Shown: in pieces, positions 10,901 through 23,960 of the stretch
Position numbering within the stretch: the stretch's first letter is position 1
Layout of the letters: the number at the start of each line of letters is the position of its first letter
NCBI GenBank assembly: GCA_030141605.1
Contig: JAQGDQ010000676.1
Span: forward strand, 50,609 to 114,608
Origin: Tubiluchus corallicola
Taxonomy: Eukaryota; Animalia; Priapulida
DNA: 64,000 nt
Direction: 5' to 3'
Notes under the pieces: model-generated
Databases searched by the model: none
What the model was told of the DNA's origin: nothing
Seen by the model: only the letters and a program-made list of their open reading frames with translations
Position numbers and translations under genes: made by a program

Positions 10901-13900
10901 AAGAAATTGTTACAGTAACAAATAGCTAAGTGTTTAAAAATAAAGTTAAACGAATTGAATTGCTTTATACATTAAGCAAAGGCTTAATGTATTCATTACC
11001 TATTTGGCTTCTGTTAACTACTTAATTAATAATAGGGTCTGCCAATATAAACTGGTTGTATGTTTGTAAATTTACCACTGATGATGACAGCAGCAGCTTG
11101 TCGAAACGTTTGACACGATTTTGACTTTTTATTGTAAAAGTTTTAATAAAGTTGTGTTGTTTTTAACTATAAATGTTTTGATGCCCCTGTAATCAAAAAT
11201 TGCCTGAATAGAGATAATAATGACGATGAATATGATGCTTCACTTACAGACGTCTTTTGGTTGTAAAACCAGCTGCAGAATTTTACACGATTCCAGGCAG
11301 TTGTCAGCAGGAATGAGAACGATCCGTCTGTATCCAGAAACTTGAGCAATCCAGACATTGCTAAACTCCACTTCATCCTAGCGATAAAAATGGATACAAA
11401 TAACATAATTTCTGTCAATAAGATTCATTTGGATCTTCAATTTTGTGTCTGATTGTTTTGAGTTGTTTTAATTGTTATGTGTGTAAAATGGTTTCAAGTT
11501 GTTTTAATTGTTATGTGTGTCTATTTGTTTATTTCGATTCAGATATGATGGAGACATTTTTGACCTACGTCGACTCAAAGCAAGGACGAAGACACGAATG
11601 ATGTTCCTGCGTGAAGCGCAATATGCCGATGACATAGCTATCTTCTCTGACAACCCGGAAGACCTTCAGGATCTCATCGACATTTACAATGAAACTGCAA
11701 AGAGAATGGGACTGCGCATTAACAAAAGGAAGACTGAGACAATGAGTGTCGGCTCTAGCGACAGTGTCAATTTTACCATTGACGGAGAACAGCTTGGAAG
11801 TGTGCAACGGTTCAAATATCTCGGAAGTTACATCTGCTCAGATACTCGATTGGATACTGAAATTCATGCAAGAATTAATGCTGCAGCCAGCTCTTTCGGC
11901 CGTATGAGGAAACGTGTCTTCGATAACCATGACCTTACCATCGCCACTAAACTGCAGGTGTACAAGCAATGCATCATTCCGCAGCTTACCTATGGTCAGG
12001 AAACGTGGACGCTCTATCAAGATCAGGTCAGGTCTCTTCGTGCGGTTCAGCAGAGACATCTGCGTCACATCCTTCGTATTCGCTGGGACGACTATGTGCC
12101 AAACGAAGACGTGCTGGCTCGTGCCAAGATGGAAGATATCGAGGTTACGCTTACTAAGGCTCAACTTCGGTGGTTTGGGCATGTGGTCAGAATGAACGAT
12201 ATGAGACCGACAAAGGCTCTTCTTCATGGAGAACTAACCAGTGGCTCTCGCAGTGTTGGTCGTCCTCTCCTTCGCTTCAAGAATAAGGTGAAGTTCTCTC
12301 TGAGGAAAGGTGGAATGTTGGACAAGCTGCCTTTCGCAGTTCACGACCGTCCTGCATGGAGATCCCTAGTCAACAACTGTGCCGAAAAACTCGATGAAGA
12401 AAGACGGATGCTTGGATACGCAAGAAGGCTCAAGTCGTGGATAAGAGATGGTTTCATGGACATCTGACTCGCACTGATTTAGCCGTATCGGCTTCGACGT
12501 TGTACTACTATTTGTTTAAAATTGTTTTAATTGTTATGTGTGTCTGATTGTTTCAAGTTGTTTTAATTGTAATGTGCGTCTGATTGTTTCAAGTTGTTTT
12601 AATTGTTATGTGTGTCTAATTGTTTCAAGTTGTTTTAATTGTTATGTGTGTCTGATTGTTTCGAGTTGTTTTAATTGTTGTGTGTCTGATTGTTTCGAGT
12701 TGTTTTAATTGTTGTGTCTGATTGTTTCAAGTTGTTTTAATTGTTATATGTGTCTGACTGTTTCAAGTTGTTTTAATTGTTATGTGTGTCTGGCTGTTTC
12801 AAGTTGTTTTAATTGTTGTGTGTGTCTGATTGTTTCAAGTTGTTTTAATTGTTATGTGTCTGATTGTTTCAAGTTGTTTTAATTGTTATGTGTGTCTGGC
12901 TGTTTCAAGTTGTTTTAATTGTTATGTGTGTCTGGCTGTTTCAAGTTGTTTTAATTGTTATGTGTGTCTGGCTGTTTCAAGTTGTTTTAATTGTTATGTG
13001 TGTCTGGCTGTTTCAAGTTGTTTTAATTGTTGTGTCTGATTGTTTCAAGTTGTTTTAATTGTTATGTGTGTCTGACTGTTTCAAGTTGTTTTAATTGTTG
13101 TGTGTGTCTGACTGTTTCAAGTTGTTTTAATTGTTGTGTGTGTCTGACTGTTTCAAGTTGTTTTAATTGTTGTGTGTGTCTGACTGTTTCAAGTTGTTTT
13201 AATTGTTATGTGTGTCTGATTGTTTCAAGTTGTTTTAATTGTTATGTGTGTCTGACTGTTTCAAGTTGTTTTAATTGTTATGTGTGTCTGATTGTTTCAA
13301 GTTGTTTTAATTGTTATGTGATCAATTTTAGTATGATTCTTGTTTGGACTGATTTTCTCTTTGTTAAATTCTTACCCTGTGTATTTGAAATTATTAGTCA
13401 AGAAATCTAATCTAATCTAATCTAATCTGGTCTCACGATGCCTAAAGTGGTAATTAAATTCTTCGAAAGTTTGTCCGTGGAGTCAGAGACTCTAGAGAAA
13501 CATACTGGCTTTGATTCTGACTATGGTGACATCATTTTACAATCAGAATTTTTCGCAAATTCACTGTAGAGAGAGGATGTACACTAGTATCTCAGTTTGC
13601 CAGACCTAGCTTCTACGGATATCCGAAGAATCGGACAAAATCTGGACCGTTTAAAGTCCTGCATACTATGGACACAGTCCATTGTTTTGCAGCTGACCGG
13701 TAGTTGGCGGGCCGTCACTTTGTTTACATCATTACATCAGTGTAACTAAGCAACATGTAACGGCGAGTGTAACTTATATGACTGGAGCTGCCCGTACTAG
13801 ACATTTCGGAGACAATTAGGTGATTGATTCTACATAACCGTGAATCTAATGCTCAGTGTCTAACCAGTTTTATGAGGTAAAAGTTAAAATAGAAATGTTG

Positions 13901-16900
13901 GTCACTAATCACTTACAACTGACAGCATAGTAAATGTTTTTTTTATTTTTCTTCACCATAAATTTACATTAATTTAACAATAAAATACACAAAAATACAA
14001 ATGAACATGGAAGGGCGGCAAAAAACCAAAAGTTAGCGAGTCAACCACCCTTCTCAGAAAGACAGTAAACAAAAAGACGCTAATGACAGCAGAACACAAC
14101 TATTAAAAAATACATAAACGTCCAAAACTACAAAAAACAAAAATACAACAACAGCAAAACAACAAAAATCAAAAACCAGTCGTTCCTAAATATAGTCAAA
14201 CATTAAACATAATTATATATGGTCCAAAACACAAAAGAGAATGTTTTAATGTTTAGAAAAACAACATTTACAAGTTAAAATTTAACTTGAATCATGGTTA
14301 TCAGATATGCGTAGCTAAACATTGTGAGATGAAAGTTAAATCTGTAACTGTAAGAGAAGTAACAGTTATCAACTTTTTGTTTTATGGAAGTTATAACATG
14401 TATCTATAAAGAGACTATGGATACACATGCGAATAGCAAAAAGAAAGAAAAAAGGTAAAAAGGAAAAAGGTAAAAAGCATAGATAAACTAAAGTCTCTAT
14501 ATCCATCCTACAAAGAGACATAAAACTTACTATGGTATAAACGCTGCCGTTTGGACCATCAAAATATAAACGTTTCTCCAATGAGACTTCCGTTGTGTTA
14601 GGAATGAAATACATTCTGTGAAATACGTGACGCAGCGCTCGTGTTGCTGCTCCGCGCTTCACCAACCTGAAACAAGCAAACCATGAAGTCGCTTAAACAT
14701 TATCGAACATCGCTAACTGTTTTCATCTAACGAAAACTATTGCAACACCTATTAATTGTTTGGCTATTTTAGGGTTACCATATTGTCTGAGTTGAAAAAG
14801 AGGACACGGGTACTTGGCCTTCATTTCATCTGTAAATGCACACTGTCGTTTCGGCATTGCTACTTTCTAATTAACTTTTATCAGTTACGCTCAAAACTGC
14901 AAAACAGTGAAACTATAGAAATTTAAAGAAATTCACGTAAAAATAAAACAAAATGGCTCTGCCTAAAGTATTAAAAAAATTGCCGCCATTTCACATTGCC
15001 AACTGTTTGTGGTGTCTTAACGTTTTTAAGCTTCGCTGGTGCCATCTTTACATGAAACAAAAAACAAATGCGTCATTTTTTCTACACAAAGCATAGAACA
15101 AAGTACACGATAATGTCCCAACTCTCGTGCAATTTATGTGACCTTATAAACGAAGTAGTTATGCAGTTTAGTAAATCCAGGTAAATCAGACATTTGTGCT
15201 CAGTGTGTCTTTGCAGTCATGCAGGTGAAATAAATTGATTGATTGATTGATTGTGATCTCATACTTGCACTGAAGATATTAAACATCTTGCACTTACCTT
15301 GAATTAAGCATCCGCATCCATGCTGCGTGAAACGGGAGGAAGAAATTTTATTCTTACAAGTTTATTTCGCACTTAGCTACTTATCCTCACATTCAGAAAT
15401 GAAATTTTCTGTTCGGTTTGCCGATAATTGAACTTTCAGTTAAGATTTGGTTTCGGCGAAATTTATTAAGTTTCTTAGCCAAAATTACGGATAAAATTCG
15501 ATAGAGTTTCAGAAGTTTTACTAGTATTTATCCAATTTACCTCTTTTTCCTCCTGATGTTCAAAACTGCTGAAAAATCCTGGCTAAAATACTTCAAATAA
15601 AGCAAACAACTTGTGACAAGCTATTCCTGGAAATGCGGCGTATCTTCAGCGCTGACGACTGTGAAGTTTTGGGGTCTCCAGGCACACTCAACCAAAATAT
15701 CAAACCACGTTTGAAACTAACCACAGTTTGTGCAATGGTAGGCATCTTCCTTACGTGTCAAGGATGTTTGCTTAAGCAAAGATTGCTATAAGATGCTGAT
15801 GTGATGTCACGAACTCTACATCACACTGACATCACAGATGAGCACAGCGGTTTATGAGCATGCTTGTCACGGTACGGCACCTATTTTTCGACCAGACAAA
15901 TGTGACAAAAAGAAGCTTTTCTTAGTGGATTTGCTGAGCCACAGCCACACGTAGCTTTATAAGTTTAACAAAATTTAACTATCCAAAGCAATTATTATTT
16001 AATCTAAGATTCAATTTAAAAAAAGCTATGGTAATTTTCAATATTTTAGCGGATTCTTTATTTTGAACTAATGTCTACACAATCGTACGGTTTTCCTTTA
16101 AACACACGCCGCAATACTGTAACTACGTATACGTCTTACTTATCCGACTTACCAGTCCGCATGCATCCCGTTGACAGACAACGCAGCATCCAACGCAAAA
16201 AACTCCCTCGGATGTCTCGCATCCTTAAGCGAAGAGTAGAATTCTACAGTACCGAGGTCCAGGTCTGCCTTGTACAGACTGTAGAGATTCTGCAGATTGG
16301 CTAATGTCACCTCTGTTGACATGGCATCCTGAATGAAATGTGAGAAAACCAAGGTCAAGTCAAACAAAATTTTTTCATGAAGATCTTTGTTTGAAATTTT
16401 CTTTGGCCATGTAATACCCAAAATGCTTCTGTAATCTTGCCTTTGAAACGCATCGATTTCAGCTTTACTTAACAAATTACTAGTGGTTTTACTGCGGAAC
16501 AAAATCGAGTAATATGCATGATCTTTGCAAGACTAATTTTTGCTGGTGATTCGAAAATCTCAATCTCAATTCGAGTTCAATTCAAATTTTCTTTCTCTTA
16601 GAGAATGCTCACACCCCTAGTTATCACGTGATCTGCATTGGAGTAAGTTTTTGCCGTGATAATTTTAAAAACCATCTGAAAACTTGCTATTTTAATGACA
16701 CGTGGTTACACTGATGTACGTGATGTAAACAAAGTGACGGCCTGCCAACTAGCGGTCAGCTTGTGAAATAATGTACTGGGTCCGTAAAAATTTTCTCAAC
16801 GAATTTACGCGATTTACAAAAATGGCACTACTGGTCTTCCAAAAACTCGGAATTCCGCGGAAAATTCTCATCCCTGGAGATGTTACCGTCATGAAGTCCA

Positions 16901-19900
16901 TCAAGTAAAATGATAATAATATGGGATTTTCTATGATTGTGTATGTTTCATGGCATTGCTTTTATTATTTTACTAAATTTTCCGTATTTTTATTATTTTA
17001 CCTTTTTTATCACTGTTGTGGAGATCACTGGCACCTACTAGAATTAAAGAGAATATTGTAGAATGTTCCGTTATATAATAGAACAATCGTCTTACCTTGT
17101 AGAATGTTCTAGAAAGAAACTTCTAGAAGGTTCCCTGGCACCCTATAGCAGGCCGCTGAGAGAGACACTCGCAGATTCACACGGACGCCACTTACACATT
17201 TCTCTTGTATACTTGTATTTTCAGATACACTCAAACGTTTTCCAGATTTTCACGTTTACTGTAAACATTTCGCATTCCTTCATACTTTTGTGTTGCAGAA
17301 TTCTCGCTTAATAAACTAGTTTAATTTGACGACGCGTTTTCTGATTTCTCTACGAGCCTTCCGAGAGGAACAAAACACAACAATCACATTCAATGTACTT
17401 TTAACCAGTCAATATGCCACGGTCTTACATATATTTTATGAAATATATTTTTCAGTAATTTTTTTAGTAATTTTGCTGATCTTTTATTTGTAAGATGCAT
17501 TTCATCATCACGTAATACTCCTTTAAAAATATTCAATAAATTATTATTCTTAACTAATGACAAATGTTAAACATAAATCTACCTGTATAAAGAATGGCAG
17601 ACCTCTTTCACTATGAATCTGACTGAAATTTGTGAAGCCAGTTAAATCCAGTATTTGCTTGGCGCCCTCACACGGCCAGCAGTCAACAGGTGGAGCTGTG
17701 TACAGTGGATTTGAGAGCAAGCACTTGCTGTCGTATAAAACTAAAAACAAACCATTAAAACTTTATAATTCTAACTACGTGAATGTAGAAACTGGCTGTT
17801 TACTTTACAGACTTTCATTTCCCACTCGTTGCAAACTGCCATAGAAACAAGAAAAAAGAACATCAAACAAAAATAAAGTAACAAACGTGCAAATAAATAA
17901 AGAACAAGGATTAACAAATTAATAACAAGCATACTGAAACAGAAAATAATGCGAAATTAAACCGTACATACACCATTAGAGAACAAAAACAAAATTTACC
18001 AAGAAACAAACTTGCTAACACATCACAAATCAACATGCATGCACGCCTACACAAAGTCACATACACCATTACAGAACAAAAGCAAAATTTACCAATAAAC
18101 CAACTTGCTAACACATCACAAATCAACATGCATGCATGCCTACACAAAAACACACATATGCATGTACTTTTAACAGCTGCAAAAAATCAATAATTTGACA
18201 TGATTGTGACGAAATAAACACCATCAGAAACTATCAAGCCAAGAAATAAATTCTTACAAACCTCTACATAAAAATAAGCAAAATAAATGAACTTATTGAG
18301 GATCTATTCAGCAAACTTCAAGCCAATTTTCAGAAATCAACAGAGACATACAGACTCACTATAACACAACTACCGGCAGCTAGACCACGTATAACAGGAT
18401 TTTGCACTATTTAAAAGCTGTCTATGAGCACTCCAAGTATGTTAGACAAACACACCTACAGGTAATGCAAAATAACGCGATGCTCTCTAATCAACACACC
18501 TGACTTCAGCTATACCCACGGTAGCCCAGAATATAACAGTGACCATAGTGCTGTGGCATTCCAGTATTATATGATATTATATGGGGTAATATTGAGGTTA
18601 TATATATATATATATATATATATACCCACTAGCCCAGAATATAACAGTGACCATAGTGATGTGGCATTCCAGTATTATATGATAACAAGAGCGTGTTGGG
18701 GTAATATTAAGGTTATATATATATATATATATATATATACCCACGCTAGCCCAGAATATAACAGTGACCATAGTGTTGTGTCATTCCAGTATTACATGAT
18801 AACAAGAGCATGTTTGGGTAATATTGAGGTTATATCCACGCTAGCCCAGCCAAAGTCATTCGAATATAATATGATAACAAGAGCCAGTGTTGGGGGTAAT
18901 ATTGAAATGATTTATCACTTGAAATAGTTGGAATAATTTTTATAACATTGAATAGTAATTTAAATATAAGTTAGCTACCCAGCACAGGGTACAACAAAGA
19001 TGATAGATATTAATGCCATGACTCAGATATTAACACTATGACTAAGATATTAACACTATGACTCAGATATTAACACTACGACTCAGATATCAACACTACG
19101 ACTCAGATATTAACACTACGACTCAGATATCAACACTACGACTCAGATATCAACACTACGACTCAGATATCAACACTGTGACTCAGATATTAACACTGCG
19201 ACTCAGATATCAACACTACGACTCAGATATCAACACTACGACTCAGATATCAACACTACGACTCAGATGTTAACACTGCGACTCAGATGTTAACACTGCG
19301 ACTCAGATACCAACACTACGACTCAGATATCAACACTACGACTCAGATATCAACACTACGACTCAGATATCAACACTACGACTCAGATATCAACACTACG
19401 ACTCAGATATTAACACTGCTACTCAGATATTAACACTGCGACTCAGATATTAACACTGCGACTCAGATATCAACACTACGACTGAGATATCAACACTACG
19501 ACTGAGATATCAACACTACGACTCAGATATCAACACTATGACTCAGATATCAACACTACGACTCAGATACTAACACTACGACACAGATATTAACACTACG
19601 ACTCAGATATTAACACTACGACTCAGATATTAACACTAGGACTCGTAAAAACTATGATTATAGAATTTGTGATTCAAAGATGTGAATATAATAGATCTTT
19701 GGCATTTAAATATTTGTAGATAATTAAATAATGTCTTCTGAACAAAGCTGTAACTAGTGTTACATAATTAACCATACTAATTAATGTTGCACAAATAGGG
19801 GTCACTCGGGGCGATAAAATCAAGAATCAGAATTTATTAACCAAACTCTGAATTTGTCAACTAGGTGAACAAATTTCAAATTTACCATCAAAACTTAATA

Positions 19901-21531
19901 ACTCAGCAGATTACAATGCATTGACATTAATAATGAATTACAATTTAAATCAAAAGACCGGATGGTGTAGCTCATTGCTAGCGTGCTTGCTTCACTCGCA
20001 GGAGGTCGCGGGTTCAACTCCCAGACAAGTCATACCGATGACTTAAAAAATGGTACCACTGGTTCTTCGACCAAACACGCGGGTTTATCGAAGTAACGTG
20101 TGGGTAAGTAGTGTATTACTTAAGGTGTTATAACCGAACTATGACCTAAACGAAATTATTATTTTTATTATCGTTTATCGAACATATTAATCACACAAAA
20201 TCTAAGTGACAACGTGAATTTTACATTGATTCTGAATTCATCTAGTAAGTAAGCCACCACTTAAATTATTAGTGTTGGTTCGCTACAGCTTGCAGAGTTA
20301 TTGCCAATTACCACTGAGATTGAAGCTTGGCCAATTCTGTTTAACAATGAAAGGTTGTCAGCTGCCGTTTAAGCATCGAAAAATGTGAGAATATACTTAA
20401 GCATTAATGTTCACTTTCTGCTATTTTATGCACACGTATTATGTTCAATCTGGCCGTGGAGTGGTCATGTGAATGGAAATCATTTATTAAGACTTAATCA
20501 TTCATTCACTTTTGCTAGCTACAAGCGGAAAATTAATTCTATTTCTTCTACTTTGGCTCTAGGTCCTCATAACATTAACTTTAAATACGTAATGGTTAAA
20601 TTATTATTTAAAGATTGTCACGTGTGTCTCTTCTTTCCCATTATTGAACATTATTTTATTATAAACTAACACATTTGTATAACGTTCAATTTTCATTCGT
20701 CTTAAATGCAAAATCTGATATTTTTTAATTACTTGATACGTGCGCATTAACTAATTAATTATATTAGTAACAATCCCGAGAGGGTGGCTGACCTCGATAA
20801 CTTATAGTTCTTTCGCCACCCTTTCACCACAAATTAATAATTATATTGTACTTTGTAATATTATTGTCTGTTGTATAGATATATAAATCTGTTAGTTATG
20901 TATTTTGCTATTTTAAAAATGGTGATAAACTAATAAACTTACTTACTTACTTTTGTGCTGTAATTCAACCTTTCGATTGCAATGATAAATAAACTTAACA
21001 AAGTATTACATTGAAAAAACATCAATTTCTAGATCCTGAAAATAAGTTTTTTAAAAAAACAAGTATAAGAAATGAACCAATACCTGTAATTCTCGGAAAG
21101 TATCGAACTACAGGTAAAGCAAAAATACGTAATTGCCGCATAACCGGGTATGCAAATCCTTGCGAACGACGAGCGACTATTTTCTGGCCAATTGTTGTAG
21201 TGGTAAAAAACAGCACTACAAAGAAAAATGTAGCTATCACTAAAAGTTTAAACATCTTTCGCCGGTCACTTCTTGAGATATTATTTGTTGTATTTGGTTT
21301 TACGTTTAGATGAGCTTGTTCGCATTGCTTATCATCAAATTCTAACCCAACTCTATCTACAAAGCTCGCATGTGCGAAGTGTTCATCTCCGGCAGACAAG
21401 CTGGTTATGCAATCTTTTATATCGTCGATAGAAAGGTTCCATGATTTCCCTAAATCACGTATGCTGGCAGCTTTTTCTAAAAACGTTTCATAAAAATAAT
21501 TAAAATCATCTGTATCAGAGAGAGCTGCCAT
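4951..21531 (-). CDS. C6orf89: C6orf89/BRAP (bombesin receptor-activated protein)-like membrane protein, 6 exons, ~377 aa
   Basis: Exons 21531-21084, 17740-17583, 16328-16153, 14666-14531, 11377-11248, 5036-4951; all GT-AG and phase-compatible. One TM segment (LLVIATFFFVVLFF). Motifs CLLSNPLY..DCWPCEG, VWIAQVSGYRRIVLIPADNCLESC..LQPKDV and C-terminal SISYVGSFY*. Gene structure is firmer than the family name. Confidence 0.8.
6150..9966 (-). pseudogene. BEL/Pao gag-pol, frameshifted, RT core deleted, integrase truncated
   Basis: ORF pieces 8869-9966, 7899-8378, 7536-7889, 6436-7662 and 6110-6430. The protease motif near 7680 joins directly to the RT C-terminal end (NLREYTSN); no YxDD seen. Confidence 0.85.
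8276..9051. repeat. 97-bp tandem repeat, 8 copies, inside BEL gag
   Basis: Near-identical units start at 8276, 8373, 8470, 8567, 8664, 8761, 8858 and 8955. Confidence 0.95.
11074..11113 (+). ncRNA. Minimal hammerhead ribozyme-like motif (Penelope-like element 3' remnant)
   Basis: cca-CTGATGA-t-GACA(gcagcagct)TGTC-GAAA-CGTT-tga: both core boxes, stem II and palindromic AACGTT. AATAAA follows at ~11146. Stem I is imperfect. Confidence 0.5.
11444..13320. repeat. ~36-bp minisatellite split by the LINE insertion
   Basis: Unit tgtttcaagttgttttaattgttatgtgtgtctgat; ~2 copies before the LINE and ~22 after. Confidence 0.92.
11532..12507 (+). mobile_element. 5'-truncated RTE-clade LINE (RT C-terminal half)
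   Basis: ORF 11508-12467 with YADD, FKYLGS, LRWFGHVVRM and GRPLLRF; short (tac)n tail; 11-bp TSD ctatttgttta at 11521-11531 and 12508-12518. Confidence 0.92.
16360..16480 (-). mobile_element. Decayed RTE-like LINE fragment
   Basis: Translation EIDAFQRQDYRSILGITWPKKISNKDL resembles the RTE post-RT motif. Confidence 0.5.
17014..17382 (+). mobile_element. Solo LTR
   Basis: TGTTGTG...CACAACA termini, 5-bp TSD ATCAC on both sides, internal AATAAA near 17310. Confidence 0.85.
18510..18905. repeat. ~120-bp tandem repeat with embedded (TA)n, ~3.5 copies
   Basis: tagcccagaatataacagtgaccatagtg recurs near 18522, 18630 and 18746. Confidence 0.85.
19003..19645. repeat. 20-bp minisatellite, ~31 copies
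   Basis: Unit actcagatat(c/t)aacactacg. Confidence 0.95.
19956..20150 (+). mobile_element. tRNA-derived SINE (pol III A/B boxes)
   Basis: tggtgtagctcattgctagcgtg (A box) and gggttcaactccc (B box); no acceptor stem; continues into a non-tRNA body. Confidence 0.55.
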
Positions 21532-21756
21532 GTTGGAAATGTAGTAATATGCAAAACAGTGCACCACCAAGGTAATATCTTCCTTTTCTTTTTTACGTTC
21601 GTATTCACGTCCACAACGACCAATCCGTGCGGGCGACTTCCGAGTGTTCAAACAGCTTTTACTCCGAGCATGTCATGTAAAAACATTATGCATATACCAA
21701 AACAAAATTTACTTTGCGTGTTGAATTTACATTGCAAAATTACAAGAACTTGGTTA

Positions 21757-22224
21757 TAGAGGATCACGAAGATTTCAGTATATGAAGAGCACCCGTATTG
21801 CTGTTTGCCAGGAGGCAATTTTTAACACATTTAACAATAAGAACTACATGAAGTGTCAAGCAGATGTTTAACATTTAGAACGCCTGATCATAAATAACTA
21901 TGGAAGTTTTTGCTGAATCAATCAAAGTGGTTTATTTATGATATTGCAGCAATGATCAGGCTGAAATAACAACAACAAAATAATTACATATAATACTGCC
22001 ATACCGCAAACAGCGTAAGTACAAATATAAATGTTTCGAATTATACTAATTTAATAATTGTTCCTTTAATCACAAAAGTATAACTGCAAATAATATACCA
22101 TTCTAAATGTTAAACATCTGCTTGACACTGCATGGAGTTCTTATTGTTAAATGTGTTAAAAATTGCCTCCTGGCAAACAGCAATACGGGTGCTCTTCATA
22201 TGCTGAAATCTTCGAGATCCTCTA
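21757..22224. mobile_element. Foldback/MITE with ~124-bp TIRs
   Basis: 21757-21880 is the near-perfect reverse complement of 22101-22224; 220-bp spacer; TA at both ends. Confidence 0.8.
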
Positions 22225-22717
22225 AATAATTAGTTGCTTTAATTTTTCCTAAAAAAACTATTGATTTATATTACAAAACATATAGTTAGTATAGTATAGT
22301 AGTTTATACCGCCCATCTCGAGCAATGTACATAAGTTCAATAACAAAAATACAGCAATATCATTACTTGGGATACAGAGGAACCGAAATATAGGAATAAT
22401 ATATTATATTAATACATTATATGAACAATAATTGAGCAAGTTGGCACCTCGAGATTTTATCTTGGAAAATTGCTTGATGTTAAACTAGTTTCACAGATTG
22501 ATATTGAGCTAGGTTTCATTCCCGCCATCATGTTCAACATTAACATTATGCCCGGCCTTTTATTAAGTGCTGGATTGTGATTGCAGTGAACCGAACTGTT
22601 GAATATCATATAATGCAGTTCATTTCATGCCTGTTTCTTGAACCAGCTTTCTCTTGTACACTTTGTCCAGCACTGCGAACTATACTCTGCCAACATGATT
22701 TCTGTTGCATCTCAGCT

Positions 22718-23140
22718 TTATCCCTTGTTATGCTGAAGTTGTTCAACTAATGCCTCCAATCTTTCAAGACGCGCCTTGTATTCTTCCAGTTTTGATTTGG
22801 CGTCTTTTTCCGTTGTTTTCTTCTTTTTACTTGAACTGTGCATTTGCCAGACCATAATGCCCAGTATAACAGACCAGATCACGGCTTCTTCTAACAAATC
22901 AGCTCCTACATTAACCGCCGCTTTAACGTCAAGTGGTTCTGTTTGTTGGGGAGGTTTCCCTAGAATTTTGCTCTCTGCGTTTGACTGAATCCTGTGGAAG
23001 GTGTGCGCTATGGGAAGGCACACGTGGTCTCTGAATTTATCACTCTTTTTTGCTCTCTGTTGAACAGGTTTAGCTAACGGCCGGGATAATCTTCGTACAA
23101 CCATAATCCCCAGCTTTGCCAAAGGAAATGAAGTCGCCAT
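22718..23140 (-). CDS. OPA3: OPA3-like protein, single coding exon, 140 aa
   Basis: FPLAKLG..VRRLSRPLA, FRDHVCLPIA and PLDVKAAVNVGADLLEEAVIW, followed by a hydrophobic segment and C-terminal coiled coil, as in the OPA3 family. Confidence 0.88.
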   Translation of the reverse strand: MATSFPLAKLGIMVVRRLSRPLAKPVQQRAKKSDKFRDHVCLPIAHTFHRIQSNAESKILGKPPQQTEPLDVKAAVNVGADLLEEAVIWSVILGIMVWQMHSSSKKKKTTEKDAKSKLEEYKARLERLEALVEQLQHNKG

Positions 23141-23609
23141 GTTCGTGTTCTAAACTTAGAAACTCTTTACACGTGTTGCAGTTTTACAACTACACCAAAG
23201 GCAGTTTCATAACCGAATTTTGAAATTTAAGTACACAATTTTTTTCATACTGTTTTACATTTATGTCAACAAAGTAAGTCCAAGACATACGCGACATTAA
23301 AACTCGTTTACACCGCTTACAAATATGCGAGAAACCACAACCATGCAACTCGGTTATTAACCCGGAACTGGCAGCGAAAGTCCATGCAGGTTCAGTATCC
23401 ATGCAAGGGGTAAAATTGTAGCACCTGAAATTACACTATTTTAGTTCTAAATTAATTTTCAAACCAGCCATTGTTTGTTTCACATCAACTACAGCAAATG
23501 GAACGACAGGTTTTTGGAGGAACTCATCATTTTGAGAATTGGCTTTCTAAGAATTCTCAAAACGGTATGAAGTTTTTCAAAAATGTGTCATTATCATGGG
23601 ATACTGTGT

Positions 23610-23960
23610 TCTAAATCAAAATCAGGCATTGGCTTCTGGCTGCTCCAAAAACACTGCAAATGCCCCAAATCAACTCCTTTTTGTTGCCGTACTGGGTGGA
23701 AAATCACTCTTGTGGGAAGCCGATTCACCACACCAGCAGAATCACGATATGCCCCAATCGAAGGTGAAGCCCTAGCAGTGGCAGATGCACTTCAAAAAGC
23801 TAGGTACTTTGCCCTGGGTTGTACAAACCTGACTATTGCAGTGGACCACAAACCATTGCTCAAGATCTTCAGCAACAGATCCCTTGATGACATGGCCAAC
23901 CCTCGCCTTAGGAATCTGAAGGAAAAGACGCTCCGTTTCAAATTCCAGGTCATACATGTC
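23610..23960 (+). mobile_element. Ty3/Gypsy RNase H fragment
   Basis: SKSGIGFWLLQKHC..GSRFTTPAESRYAPIEGEALAV..VDHKPL..NPRL; no LTR or RT nearby. Confidence 0.85.

Noticed and set aside
13688-16760. Inverted pair 13688-13746 / ~16705-16760 as TIRs of one large element
   Set aside because: The pair encloses two host exons and shows no TSD; more likely two independent copies of a dispersed repeat.
19956-20030. tRNA gene
   Set aside because: A/B boxes are present but no cloverleaf acceptor stem; better explained as a SINE head. The same applies to tRNA-like traces near 48460-48530 and 50610-50770.
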